DNA of 63,220 nucleotides, counting the filler, from Cercozoa sp. M6MM (lineage: Eukaryota > Protista > Endomyxa: Ascetosporea), in NCBI GenBank assembly GCA_040357565.1. It is 11 parts of 11 records of this genome, joined end to end, with 100 filler letters (N's around TTAATTAATTAA, not from the genome) between each part and the next. Parts side by side here need not be neighbours in the genome. Positions count along the whole stretch, not along the records: positions 9,424 to 23,341 come from JBDODJ010000344.1; positions 23,442 to 31,895 come from JBDODJ010000535.1; 9 more parts are not named here. The stretch is one strand, 5' to 3'. Position numbers and translations under genes: made by a program. The notes under the pieces are model-generated. The model had not been told where the DNA came from, searched no databases, and worked only from the letters and a program-made list of their open reading frames with translations. This document shows, piece by piece, positions 10,244-25,561 of the stretch. Position 1 is the stretch's first letter; every line of letters starts with the position of its first letter.

Positions 10244-12999
10244 TTACTCGTCCTGCGTGCCGCGGTTGTCCTTAAAGATTGCTCGTTTGGCCAGCCTGTG
10301 TATAGAGATATTCGGGTATAGGATTTTGGTGTGTAGAGATATAGAAGGAGGTACGACGTGAGATCGTGCTCCTGCAGCAGCGCGTGCACTTCGGGATTTG
10401 TGTGTCGGAGTTTCTGCGATAGGTGCTGTTGCACCTGCGGCCAGTGTGCGTATTGGTGCCGCCGACTCCAAGCCACCTCGGGCGCCGCGTCAGCCACCGA
10501 ACTTTGCGGCTCCGTGAGCGTCACATCCGGCCAGATCTGCACCTGTGTTTGGGGGTAAAGGGGGAGAGGGAGGGGTAGGGGAAGAATACAGGCTCGTCAA
10601 GTCCGTCGACCACGAGTCGCGAGTCGCCGGCGCTTTCGGTCAGCAGCGTGGCAAAGTTTTGCCAGTCGTCGCGGAAGGGACACCACTGCACGGCCGGCAG
10701 CGACGTCGTGTAGATGTCCTCCTCGCGCGCATAGTCACTACCAAATACCATACCCATATCACACCCACATATACCCATATCAGCAGAACCTTCCATAGAC
10801 AAACACATACGAGAGTATGGTAAGAGTACTCGATAAACTGACGGTGCGTTCGCACGAATGCGTCGCGATTCATCACTCTTCGGTAAGCGTGCCACAGCCA
10901 GCGGAACTGCACCTGCGCCCGACCCGCAACCAGTAAACACAATCACACCCAAGACACAAGTCAACACCCCCTACCTGATACATGATATCGGCCGTGCCCA
11001 GTGGCAGCAAGTATGTCTCGTAGTCCTTGGTGCTACCACCTGTGCCCACATCTTTGCCGGCGCAGATTGGCGCGCCAAAGCCCCCTAAAGCCGAAAATCT
11101 TGCTTTTTTGTTTCTTCTGCTTCTGAGGAAATACAAAAAGTCTACCGAGCGAATGAGCGCCAAACCACGCAAAATCGGCGCAGAACAAGTGGTGTCGCGG
11201 GAAGTGGTCCCTCAGCACGTGCAGGAACTCGAGCGCCGTTGTTGGCGCAAAGAAAGCGTTTGTGGAGCGCTCACTGCAGCAATAACGAAAACGATTAAAC
11301 AAAATAACTGAGCGACAGAAGAGGTACACGTCATCGTTTTGGTGTTTGGGACGCGTGTTGATTGTGGCTTGCCACACAGACTTGAGACCGTGAGTGAACA
11401 TTCTTTTGAGGAAGGACTGGCCAACGCCGGCGTCTTTGCGGCCCATAACTTCGCTTCGCAAGATCTGTCGCAACTGTCGGTTCGTTCGTGTGTTGTACTG
11501 CTCCGTCCAGGTCTCCTGTTCTCAGTTCAATCCAGTTCAGTTCAGTTCAGTCCAATGTTCGCAAAAAACTGAAACAATGGCTAAACACACCTGGAAAATC
11601 GCCAAAGCTTCGCGAGTCAGTGGATCTGTCACTTGCGTCAACTGCTCACAAAAGCAAAATCGCACTTAACACACACAAAGCAGAGTTTGTACGTGTTCCT
11701 GGCAGACAGGGTCGACTGATCCGTCCTTACTGGCCGAAACGTAGTCCAACTAAGCCACAAAGATAGTTTAGATCAAACTGGTACAAATAAATGGTTACTG
11801 TACCTTCTCGCCGACAGGTTCGACGAGTGCCATACGACACGCATCGACGAATTCATCCTCGGTTTCGTACTCATGCGCATTCAGCAGCGGTCCGACGCAC
11901 TTGTCGTGAGGCATGTTATCCAGCACCTCAATTGCAACCACGAACACGCCTGCTCACAGCCACAGCAGCGACTGAGTAAAACGATTCAGCACATATATTG
12001 TGCAACCAGGTACCTTCTGGCATCGTGCGTTTCCAGTTCGTGATGCTTTGAGCATGTGTGCGCACCTTGCTGCTCAATTCAGTGCCACCTGCGTCGTAGT
12101 GACGCTGCAGACGCTCCTTCTGCACACTGGCGAGTCGAGCCGACAACTCGCACACGTGGTACTCGCAACTGGGCAAAGAGAGACAACCTATCAACAAAGC
12201 TAATGTGAAGGCAAAAAAGAAACGAACTGTTTGAACACGTCGGGTCGTTCAGAACGAAGCAGAGACAGAACGCTGCCGCAGAGAGTGCCATTGCCGCCGC
12301 CGACTTCAAGAATCACCACAGGCGCCGACGGGTCACGAGCACCAGACGCTACCTCGGCATCGTACTGCCGCAGCAGCCAGCGCGCGATCGAGTGGCCATA
12401 GTACGGGGCAAACAACTCAGACGGCGTCAACCAAGCCTTTTAAGGCAAATAAAGACTCAAATCCACTCGAAACACAAATGAATAGACCAGAACAAATCAA
12501 CCCGCTCGGGAAAATACAAAAAAAAAACAAAAAAAAAAACTGTACCGTTTCAGACGCATCATACAACGCATCGACGGCATTATAATAATCCATTCTGGTG
12601 CGCATACGCTTCCATGGTAACTCACGATGCGCTGTGCTGACTAGCTCGCTACCTGTCACCTTGCCTGCCAAAGCGAGGAACGCTCAGGAAAATACAAAAA
12701 ACACGTCAGCATAACGATACCCAAGCTTTGGGTTTCGCTTTGCAGCACCGGATCAAACAGATCAGGCGCAAAGATGACCTGCTGACGATTAAAGTAGCCG
12801 TGCTTCTCATCGTAAAGACTCCTGCAGATAAAAACACGATAGTCAGGTCAACTGTCAACTGACTGGGGGAAACGCACTCATGTACAAAGTCGCGGCCGAG
12901 CATCAGCCTTCGCTCAAAAACACTGGTGCCTAGCGCATCTGGCGGACCGGATGCTGTGTGCCTGCGACACGCCAGCAGAGTTCGGCGTGTTGAGCGCAT
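10244..12999 (-). CDS. NDUFAF7: NDUFAF7/MidA-family SAM-dependent protein arginine methyltransferase, mitochondrial-type
   Basis: Arg-rich N-terminus; RDFVHESLYDEKHGYF, WLTPSELFAPYYGHSIA, ILEVGGGNGTL, EVLDNMPHD, YLLPLGTADI; many introns. Confidence 0.8.
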
Positions 13000-13248
13000 T
13001 CTGACATTTCAAAGGTGACATTGCTCTTTTTCGATATTTGTTCGTACAAACAGACAAGAAAACACTCACTTCACAGCACTACCGGGCACACGTGATTGCA
13101 CCGCACGCGCCATGCGACGATCGGTGCTCACAAACGCTGGCTACAATTATCGCCGACTTAACCAACATAGTTGTTTTCCGCCATTCTTGAGCGCATTTTT
13201 CAGCGGTCACAGCCCGTTAGTTGTGTTTAATTTTGTTGAAAAGGCGAA

Positions 13249-14483
13249 ATGAGTGAAGTTCATCTGTCAGAAGAGCCCGTGTTGTTCAAGGTGTTGTTTT
13301 CGCGTTTTTGCAAAGTGCTGGTTGGCTGACTTTTGTGAAAAATCCACCCGGCGTGCTAGCAGACCTTCCGCAAGTGGGACTACAGTCCCGGCCTGTCGCC
13401 GTTCTCGCTTCGCGTCGAGGCTCGCCTGCGCCTGGCCGGCATTCCGTACAAGTACTGTGCCACCAACAGTCCTTCCAAGAAGGGCCGGTGGCCATACCTC
13501 ATCGTGGATGGCGAGGAGATTGCCGATTCGCAGTGCATTGCTAACGCGCTGCTTAACCGGTAAGGAACTGCAACAATGGGCAACTGGCACAGTAATAATA
13601 TCTTGATACACTGTGTTAATTCCCCAGTGACGAGCGATCGCGCGCATTAGACGCCGAGCTCACGGCCGAGCAGAAAGCAATCGGCAAGGCCTTCTCGTCG
13701 ATGTGCATCAACTCGCTCTACTTCTACCTGATTCGGTCTCACTATTTTCTCTCAGTGCCAAGTTGAAAACTGGGAATTAAAACTGCAGGGAACGCTGGCT
13801 CGAGAACTACTCAACGTTCATTCCGTAGCTTTGGCCTTCGTGCGTTGTGTGTGTCTGTGTCTGTGTCTGTGTCGGTGTCGGTGTACAGTTCTTACATATG
13901 CAGCAAGGCCTTCCCTACCTTGCCGTGGTACATGTTCTTCGTTCCGAGTCTCGTACACAGTCGCACCAAGCGTCGCTGCCAAGAGCAGGGCCAGCTTGAT
14001 CACACTGTACCTTTCTGAGCTAACATTTCTGAGCCAACATTAACCCTCCACCTAGTTCGAGGAGGCCACGGAGATGGCCATGACTGAGCTGCGTGCCGTG
14101 AGCGACTTTTTGGCCGCCTCACCCTCGCGCTTCCTCTTCGGTGACACGGTTACCAACTACGATATTGATGTCTACGCCTTTGTGGCTCAGGTATGGCCCG
14201 AACTCTTTTCTTCTTACTAAAACATGCTTTCTCTGTTTCATAGTTCCGGTACAACTACGCTCTGTCGGCCGTGGACAGTGGTAGGCTTGGCTCCCATCCT
14301 TGTAAGTTTAGACACCTGGTGTAAACCTCTTTGTTTCTCTCAGCCCTGTCGGAGCACAACGACGGTCGCCTGGCGCAGTTCATCGACGACGTGCAGTCCG
14401 CCGTGTTCCCGGAGGAGGCGCCGGCCTTTGCCGAGAAGCGACGCGAAGTCGAACAACAAGCACTCGAGCAGATCGGCAACTGA
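13249..14483 (+). CDS. FAX/metaxin-like glutathione S-transferase-fold protein
   Basis: SPGLSPFSLRVEARLRLAGIPY...KGRWPYLIVDGEEIADSQCI in the N-domain; ELRAVSDFLAASPSRFLFGDTVTNYDIDVYAFVAQ in the C-domain. Stop TGA at 14481-14483. Confidence 0.85.
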
Positions 14484-14486
14484 GAG

Positions 14487-15012
14487 TGTTCCCGCAGCCC
14501 TCTCAAATCGGAAAGGGAGGGCCTAATGGAAAGGCAGAGTACAGGTTGAAGCGAAGACAAGGGGTTGTCTCGGATTGGTTCATATGGAAAAATCCCTTTC
14601 GTCAAACAAGTTAAAACGTACCGGAGGGGGGTACAGTAAAATAATTGGGTCCACTGGTTTCGGCTCTGATGAGGAGATTTCGATGCAGCTTCAGCTTGTT
14701 GTAAGTTTACGTGCGACATACTGTCAATGGGAATGAAGCAGAGCGACGTGTCATCGGAGTTCACTCGGAGTCGCGCAGAGATTCAGATTCGGAGTCGAGA
14801 CAAAAAGGCGCCAACAGAACTGAGTAGTGAGGGTTCAGAAGTACTTGAGTGGTGTGATGTAAGCAAAAAAGAAGGGCCTGAAAAGGCAGAGGAAAGGTAG
14901 AAAAGAAGACAACTTGTCCTGGAGGGATAGTTTTAGATTTCGCCTGGGCGTGAGGCCCAAGTTTGTAGAGTTACTTTCTCCGCGCGCGGAGCACCAGGAC
15001 TCAGACAGACCA
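14487..15012. mobile_element. Solo-LTR-like element, family A, diverged copy
   Basis: Starts TGTTCCCGCAGCCCTCTCA (copy 1: TGTTACCGCAGCCCTCTCA). 14795-14935 aligns with 1076-1215 (aaaggcg..cagaactgagta.tgagg.ttcag; agaagggcct; ggcagagga..ggtagaa; agacaact.gtcctggag). The 3' end is approximate and no TSD was found. Confidence 0.65.
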
Positions 15013-15186
15013 GACGTGCGACGTGCGGTGACTGACCGGATGGATGGGGAGTACTTTTCGTAAGTGGCACCAACCATTAAGTCTACGATAGTTGGTTACC
15101 TAGAAGATTCAACTAACTAACTATCGTTTCGAGATACGTATCGGTGTGGATGGCACGCGTACGCCGAACACAGAAGGCGACGGAAG

Positions 15187-16335
15187 CTACTGCTCGTCGA
15201 TAACGACGGAGACGGCGGTGCTGGCGACATGCTCGGCCGGAGCAAAGCCGTCGAAGGAGGCAAAGCCGGAGTCGTCCACTGCAGCCGGCGCCGGCTTGGG
15301 CTCCTCCTCGGTCGGGGTCGCTTCGGCAGCAGCAGCGGCCGCCGTCTCGGTCTCGGTGGGCACCGACTGCACAGCACACTAAATTATACATACTGGATGG
15401 AGTGCAGCGTAAGTGCGGGCACCTCCTGTGTCGCATCGGCCAGCAACGCCTCGGCCTCGTCGTCGGCGGAAACGCGTTGCCGCTTGGCGAGCGGTTCCTC
15501 GGCCTCGAAGTACTCGGGCTCGCGCGGACGCATCACGCCGCGCTGCGGCACCAGTCGCTGACCCTTCTTGATCTTCACCTGCCCAGCCATATCACACATA
15601 CAACATACAACACACAGCATACAGCATACAACACACAGACACACAGAAGAAAGGTACCAACTGCGGCAGCACAAACACCTGCGACTGACGACTGGCAGCG
15701 ATCTTGTCCTCACCCAGGTGGTGATTCAGCTGCTCTCGGATCGATTGCAGCTGCGCGCGGGGGGGGGGGGTACATGGGCAAACAAGGGCAGAAACAACAC
15801 ACCTGGTAGTTGCCCCGGCGTCGCAGCTCCTCGTCCTTAGCGTCCGGTTGCTCCGGGTCGACCGGCTACACCGGGGGCAGAGGAGATAAGAGTAGGATAA
15901 GAGTAGAAGCAATGCGCAAGTGGGGCTACCTGGAATTGTCGCACGAAGGGCGCCACAAACGAGCCGTGACCGGACACGAAAGCACCCGGAATGCCCGGCA
16001 TTGAGTTGACCTTTTCGTCATCCTCCGGTGGCACACCTGCGCAGACATTGTACACGTGTGTGCATACATACAAAGCATTACACACAAAGACACATACACA
16101 TTATACCCACGCCATCCAATATATATATATATATATATGCGCATACATTAATCTATACATACCGAGCTGTGCGGCGAGTTCCTGCGCATCGTCGCGCCAG
16201 CTGGGCGGGTACTCGATGCGGAACATCTCCTCGCCCTTCACGCCGTGGTTGCGCGAGAACTGCTGCACCAGCTTCTGCAGACGGAGGGGGTAAGAGAGAG
16301 AGGGAGAGAGAGAGGGAGAGAGAGAGAGGGAGAGG

Positions 16336-16379
<44 letters not shown>

Positions 16380-16395
16380 GAGAGGGAGAGAGAGA

Positions 16396-16442
<47 letters not shown>

Positions 16443-17975
16443 GGAGGGAGAGAGAGATGGAGAGAGAGGGGTAAGAGGCAGGTACCAAGAGTCGGCGGCG
16501 CATGAGCTCGGCCTGCGCGGCGTTGCCGCGTACCTCGATACGGCGCACCTTCTCGTAGACGTCGGGACCGCCGCCTTCGGCCGTCTTGATGACCTGCACG
16601 TTGGCGCCCGTCTCGGCACGCAGTCGCCGGATCATATCGCCGGCGCGGCCAATGATCAGGCCCACCGAGCCGCCTGTTCACAACATACCCTCATACCCTC
16701 AACATACCCCCAGACACATACCCCTAGAAACAGACAGGCACAGCCTGTAAAACAGAGAGAATACCAGGCACATAGAACACTGTCAGATTCACTTCGGCAC
16801 CACGTGGCAACTGGCCCTTCAGAGATTCAGCACCCATTTATTCCCCAGTTACCCACCAGAGATAGTGCAAGCTACGTGTCCGTGCTGCATGCCGAGTCCG
16901 TGTCGCGCCGGACCGCGGTACTGATTGGCGTCCATCGGGCCACCCGGGTAGCCGCCACTATTACACGGGGGGGGGGGGGGGGGGGGGAAAAGGGGGGGGG
17001 GGGGGGGAGGTAAACGAGACGTACGGGCCGCCCTGCATCATCTCCTGCTGCCGCCGGCCCAGCGAGTGCTGGATGCGACCGTTGATCTCGTTACGCAGGG
17101 CGAGAATCGCGTCGCGCACGCCCGTTCTACGGAGGGGTAAGGGAAGGGTAAGAGGGGATAAGGGAAGGGTAAGAGGGCGGGGAGGGCAAAATACAGCTTG
17201 ACGATGCGGCGACTGGACTCGGGACCTTCGGGCGTGACGACCTGGATCTGCGAGTGGTAGCGCATCTGCAGGTCGCGAATGACGCTGCCAGCGCGGCCGA
17301 TGATCAGACCGGCCTCAGACGCCGTGGCTTCCATCTGGATCTGACACTCGCCCGTCGACAGCACGCACACACCCTGCATATTAGATAATAAATAAATATA
17401 TAAATAAATAAATAAATAAATAAATAAAAAATAAATAAATTTTAAAAAAATATACGTATATATATATATATATATATACACGCATGCATAGTACCATTTC
17501 GTCAGGCAGGCCGACAGTCGGCTCGGTCGATGACTGGCCTTGAACGATCTCCTCCATCATGCGCTTCGCCTTGGCCACGTCATCTGGCAGACCTTGGATC
17601 TAATGGCAGGAGTAAGGGAGATAAGGGAGGACAGGGACAGGGTGTGGCGGGTAAAGGTACCACAAAGACGCGGTCGACGTTGCCGACGTTGGTGGAGGAG
17701 TCGACGTCGATGTTGGTGTTGGTGAGCGACTGGATGCGGCGGATCGTGTCGCCGGCGCGGCCAATCACGAGGCCCACACGCGCCACCGGCACCGTCATTG
17801 TGTCCGATGCACCGCCTTTTGCAAACACACACACACATACACACACATACATACACATACACATACACATGCACATACAGTCATCTTTATGTATGAGTAT
17901 GTTTCTACACCAAGGTACCTGGAGGCGGCGCACGCATGTGAGTGCGCGGCGGCGGTCCACCTGTGCACATGCTTG

Positions 17976-18023
<48 letters not shown>

Positions 18024-18123
18024 NNNNNNNNNNNNNNNNNNNNNNNNNNNNNNNNNNNNNNNNNNNNNNNNNNNNNNNNNNNNNNNNNNNNNNNNNNNNN
18101 NNNNNNNNNNNNNNNNNNNNNNN

Positions 18124-18170
<47 letters not shown>

Positions 18171-18966
18171 GCACACACACACACACACAGAAGGCAGCGG
18201 ACCCTGTTGCATGCGCTGGTGCTGTCGGAACTTGTCAATCTCTGCTTCCTGCCAGCATGAAGCACAACGTTAAACCACAAGCGAACAGGTCAAACAGAAA
18301 AGTGATGTACCGTGCTCATGACTTGCTCGAAGAATCGCTGCGCGTTCTCGAGTGCCTCGGGCGACACAGCCGAAATTAGCACCTGCAGCGGCTCACCGCG
18401 AACCGAAAAGCGGATCTGAAATCGCTGCTCGAGCTCGCGCTGCGTAGCAGAAGCGCGGCCGATGAACAGACCGACGAAGTTGACGCTCGGGAAGCGGTGC
18501 GTCGGCACATCCACGCTACCTCTGTGCGGCATGTCGACGCGTCCCATGCCACCAGGGGGACCCTGGGCAAATCGGAAACCAAAAAAATAAAGCTGAAGCA
18601 AAAGTCAAGACGCTAGAAACCGTACGTGACCAGACGGCGGTCCCATGTGCGGAGGAGGGCCACCATGCGGCGGAGGCGCTCCTGACGGCGGATGAGACGG
18701 CTCCTGACCAGGTGCACCAGCGGCGAGGTCTGCGCCAAGAAACGCATCAGCAAGTCACACAACACATAGCAGAGCAGAAAAAATACAAGTAAAATACAGA
18801 AACAAAGTCAAAAAATCCAATATTGGCGTGAAAAAATATCAACCAATGTCATGATGGCCTAAATGTAGACCAGACGCCGCTGGAGAACGAGATACGGGAA
18901 CAACTTACTGTGCTTGCTCGCTAAAGCGGCAACCTTGGCCTGAAGAATTTTGAGCTTGTCCTCCAT
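15187..18966 (-). CDS. Multi-KH RNA-binding protein: one SF1/STAR-like KH followed by three FUBP/KSRP-like KH domains (about 18 exons)
   Basis: VPTHRFPSVNFVGLFIGRASATQRELE...EPLQVLISA, then VGLVIGRAGDTIRRIQ, AGLIIGRAGSVIRDLQ and VGLIIGRAGDMIRRLR. All 17 inferred introns keep frame; the gene spans an N gap at 18024-18123. Confidence 0.85.
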
Positions 18967-19141
18967 AATGCCGTGTTCTAGCGTGCCGTTGTCTTGAATG
19001 TACACAAGCACACCACTACAAGCAACAGTGTGGCCCCAGCGCGCTATTTTAGGAATCTTGGCTCCCTTAACAAATATGGAATAAAAGTGTATCATCGAGC
19101 ATTATCTTCACCTGAAGCGAGTTCTAGATGCGCTAGTGGCT
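18967..19141. promoter_or_regulatory. Compact bidirectional promoter region (KH gene / GT31 gene)
   Basis: The divergent ATGs are only about 175 nt apart. Similar head-to-head gaps at 13000-13248, 27206-27702 and 44074-44395. Confidence 0.45.
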
Positions 19142-20786
19142 ATGCTACCTGTCTCCGAGCGTGGCGGTTATCGCCGATCGCGTCAGTCGCCGCCACTGCG
19201 TCGCGTGTTGTAGGAAACCCTTTGCAAAGCCCTTCATTTTTTACTTCGCTCGATGACGGTGTTGGGGTTGGCAGAGTGCAGTCGGTGCGGTTATGGCGAC
19301 GGCACTCGTTATTGTTGAAACTCCTGGGTCTTGTGGTGCTTGCTCTGCTACTTCTGACGCTGCTGGGAGGCCAAGAGGCTGACGATGAGACGATTGTTCC
19401 ACTGCGAGTCGATTCCGGTGCATCGGAGCGACGCGAAATCCCGCGCGTGCTGTTCGCGATTTTTACTTTGCCGCAGGTACGTGCAACTACCTAAACTCTC
19501 TCAAGTTCCCCGCGCATAGAGTTTTACCTGACAGAGCACTGCAAGGAGATCTCTTATTCGCGAGACGTGGTTCAAAGCTCCCGGCAGAGGGATCAACTGG
19601 TACCACTCGGTCATCTTTTTTTCGCCTTGCGTCTGTGCTTTGACTGCTGTTGTTGTTGGCCAGGGACGCTCGTTTCGTGGTGGGCGAAAGCGCCGAGCCA
19701 GGCTACAATGCCCTGATCGAAGCCGAAGCAGCCACCTTCGGTGACATTCACATTCTTCGTGGTTTCCAAGAAGATGCGTTTGCTTCGGGTTGGTCGGTAG
19801 CTGCGCTTTCTCGTTCTGTGTCTTTGTTTTTGACGTTCCTCTTTCAAGCAGAGGCTAGCAGACAAAAGCCGAAGGTTGCTGGTTGCTGCGCACACGAACA
19901 CCCTGCTGGTGTGTTCCTTTCGAGTTCCGATTACTGAGTTTGCTCTTTCATCTCTTGGTTGCGTCAGGAAGAAAACTCAAACTTCCGCGCGGATTTCGTT
20001 CTCAAAACTGACGATGACGCTTTTTTCGATGTGCCACTTCTGCTGGCTGCGCTGCATGACACGACCAAGGCTTCCGGCAAGACACTGGTGCATCTTAATG
20101 CTCTTTGGTCCTGAGAGGCTGGGGGAAGGAGGAAGTTTGCTGTGCTGGTCAGGCTGACTGGCTGTATTTTGGCATTTTCTACCAACATACGAATCCCATG
20201 CGCGAGGGTCGGCATGCGGTATTTAGTTTTTTTTTTTTGTTCTTGACTTGTCTCCAACTTTCTTTAGTTGACGTACACTCAATGGCCCGAGTCTAATGGA
20301 GAATTGCCTCCTTACGCCATTGGGTAAGTCCCCTGTGTTTTCTATTTTGGGCCAAGATTGTTCGAACTCTCGTGGTACAGGCTCGGATGGGCGCTGTCGC
20401 GCTCTCTGTTGGATGCTGTGGCGACCCGTGCCGCCTCACTGCAGGAAGTTCTGCCACTCGAGGACGTTCAAGTCGGTCTGCTCGTGCGACAAGCCGAACT
20501 GTACATTGCGTGTGCTGTCTGCAAGGTTCGCTCGATTTCGTTTTCTTTTTTTTTCAGCGAGGAAAACAAGAAAGCGACACGATTGGACGCCAAGAAATGG
20601 CACGTCATGTCCTTCCCGGACGGCGCGAAGGGTGCCGAGCTCGCCGACCGGCGCAAGCACGATTACGTTGTCGCACACGTCTCGCCTTGGCACCCAGGCA
20701 AGATGCGCGATCTTTTCTGCCACGCCACGTCTCCGTACGCTGATCTTGGTGCTGCGGCGCGCGTCTGCAATACCGAGAGTGGCTAA
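19142..20786 (+). CDS. Glycosyltransferase family 31 (beta-1,3-galactosyltransferase-like), type II membrane protein
   Basis: N-terminal TM (LLLKLLGLVVLALLLLTLL); RRSLIRETW, RFVVG, EAATFGDI, FVLKTDDDAF, PPYAIG, LEDVQVG. Confidence 0.85.
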
Positions 20787-21153
20787 AAATTGAATCGAAA
20801 ATGTCACACTCTCAAGCAGCCAGCCAGCTACTCGTGCACTGCTGTGCAGTGCCCTGTACCGTACAGTTACTACTCGTATGCTGCGTCAAGCCATGAGTAC
20901 AGCGCCAGAACAACTGATCGCTGATCGGTGATCGAATTTGATCAGCGATCCGTTACCAGCGAGGTTCGCACACAAGGTCCCGGTCCCGCGTTTCGCGAGT
21001 GTCGCACAGCACAGCGCCGCGCACACGAAACACCACGGCCAGAATTTGGTGCGTGTGGGCACACAGACCGGCAGACCCACATCAATTATTTTGTGGTGCG
21101 ATTGTTTTCGGCCAGCGAGCTCTGCAGGAGTGTTTGACCTGGAATCACCCGGA

Positions 21154-23281
<2,128 letters not shown>

Positions 23282-23466
23282 GTAAGTCTAGGGAACAAAG
23301 TCGAGGTAGCAAAGGGCTAAATGAGAGGTCAAGGGGGGGGGNNNNNNNNNNNNNNNNNNNNNNNNNNNNNNNNNNNNNNNNNNNNTTAATTAATTAANNN
23401 NNNNNNNNNNNNNNNNNNNNNNNNNNNNNNNNNNNNNNNNNATCAGAAATCATCTATTTGCAACGG

Positions 23467-23505
<39 letters not shown>

Positions 23506-24137
23506 GTAGCGTCTGGACATGCCTCAGTGACTTTTGCTCACTGAAGTAGTTGGTTCTCAATTTACTGAGAAATGTGTGTACTTTGAGGTTAGTTTGCTGG
23601 TCCGTTGCAAATAGATGATTTCTGATCTGCAAGGCTCGGTTGCCCCCAAAGAGTCGAAGTTGCAGGTTTCGTTTTGCCTGCGGTAGGCTGCTTTTTACTG
23701 TAGAGTACTCTGAGCTGAAGAATGCAGGCTCTAAGTCATCTGTTGCGTAAAAATATACACCCAGTCACGAATCAGTGTTAATTTAACCAACTGTGCTGAA
23801 GATAAATTGATTGGTATCTGCCTGGGACTTCGCTGGTACTTTGCAGGCCACAGCTTTTTTGCTGTCTTACGTGTCATCCCAGTCCGGCTCGCTCATAGCT
23901 GGGTGCACTCGGTGAAATTATCGGTACAGCGTGGCGTGCACGTGGCTTGTGAGCCCACGGTGGACCAGGGTAAATTTGGTTTAACTTTTGTTGGGTTCTA
24001 GAACATCGTTCCGCATAGGGTGCCTTAAGGGCAACTGACTGAAAGTTAACTGGCCATGGTTAACTCGCCAGGCGTTTAAAAGAAACAACCCAAAGTCGGA
24101 CAGAGTGCCCCAACAGAAAAAACTGAATAGAACACGA

Positions 24138-25167
24138 CTAAACAACGCGAGCAGCGATGAACTCGAGGAGACGCGCCGCATAGTAACCCGGCGGCACGGC
24201 AGATATCTACACACACCCCTCATCCGCTCCGCATCGCCCAGCCACACAGAAGGTACCGAGCTGCGATTCGTGTTGCCGAGTCCCTTGGCAAAATGCTCGA
24301 CCTTTTTGATAGCGTTGTACCGCTGCAGGATGTCAATGATGCCGACAAAGTAGATCCTGCCGTCACGCCCGCTGCGGTCGGCGTCGTCAGTGCTTCCGCT
24401 TTCGCTCCTGCATGCCCGGATACCGCCATCATCGATCTTGAAGATTGAAACCGTCGTGTCAACCACTGCCGGGGCTTGCGACTCCTCGGCGTCGCTGCCA
24501 CGACCATCACCACTGTCGTCGTCCTGCCCCGAGTCGCCGAGCGCGAGACTCATCGGCGGCGCCTTGACACCTGTGTCCATCACAGCTGTAGTGTGGTACC
24601 GCTTCTTGAGACCAAAGTGCGGCTGCGGCACGCGCTCGCTCTGCATGGCGTCGTCGACCGGGCACGCGGACTGCTGCGAAAGCGACGGACGCTCGAGCTC
24701 GCTGGGACGTGCGCACGCGTGCCCGTCGTCGACTGATACGCGCGACGGGTAGTGGATGCCGACCAGCAGCGAGTAGTCCATGATGCCGTGCGAGGCGAGG
24801 AAGGACACGTCGCGTGCCAGCTGGTCGACGAAGCACGCGCCGCGCTCGCGCCCGATCCGCAGGTGCAGTCCACGGTCGAGGAAGTCAAGGTCCTTGAACA
24901 CGGTCTCGGAGTCGCGCGCGCTGCGGCCGTGCGTGGAGCCCTTGAGGTCATAGGTCTCGTGGATGATGCGGTCCGTGTCAAAGACGGAGTGCATCACGAT
25001 GAAGTAGAGCGTGCGGCCGCGCAGCGTGACGCGGTGCAACCCAAAGAAGCGCGTAAGAAGCGTGTTCGGCTCGTTCATGACGTACTACCGGCACAGGGGT
25101 TTAGGGTGAAGGTGTGTGTGTGTGTGTGTGTGTATGTGTGCGTGTGCGTGTGCGTGCGTGTGTGCGC

Positions 25168-25228
<61 letters not shown>

Positions 25229-25238
25229 NNNNNNNNNN

Positions 25239-25286
<48 letters not shown>

Positions 25287-25510
25287 TCGACGACGAGACG
25301 GGAAGAGGACACCTCAAAGTAGCTCGGCAGCAACGCGCGCAGAAACTTGGACTCGCTCTTGGTCTGCGTCTTGATCATGAACTGCTTGTCGTGACTGTAG
25401 AAGAAGTACTGGCCCGACTTGCTGTTGGAGATGAACTCGAGCAGCTCAAAGTTGCCACACACATTGGTCAGGTAGTCCGACGCACGAACGCCGAACCTGC
25501 ACTGAGGCAC

Positions 25511-25561
<51 letters not shown>

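Noticed and set aside
10244-12999. Alternative genetic code or stop-codon readthrough
   Set aside because: Conserved genes reconstruct without in-frame stops once GT-AG introns are removed, and TAA, TAG and TGA all serve as terminators.
16028-16665. ORFs with ERERE, SLSLS, HTHTH or VCVCV runs (also at 17795-18379, 24752-25735 and 58546-58949)
   Set aside because: These are translations of intronic microsatellites.
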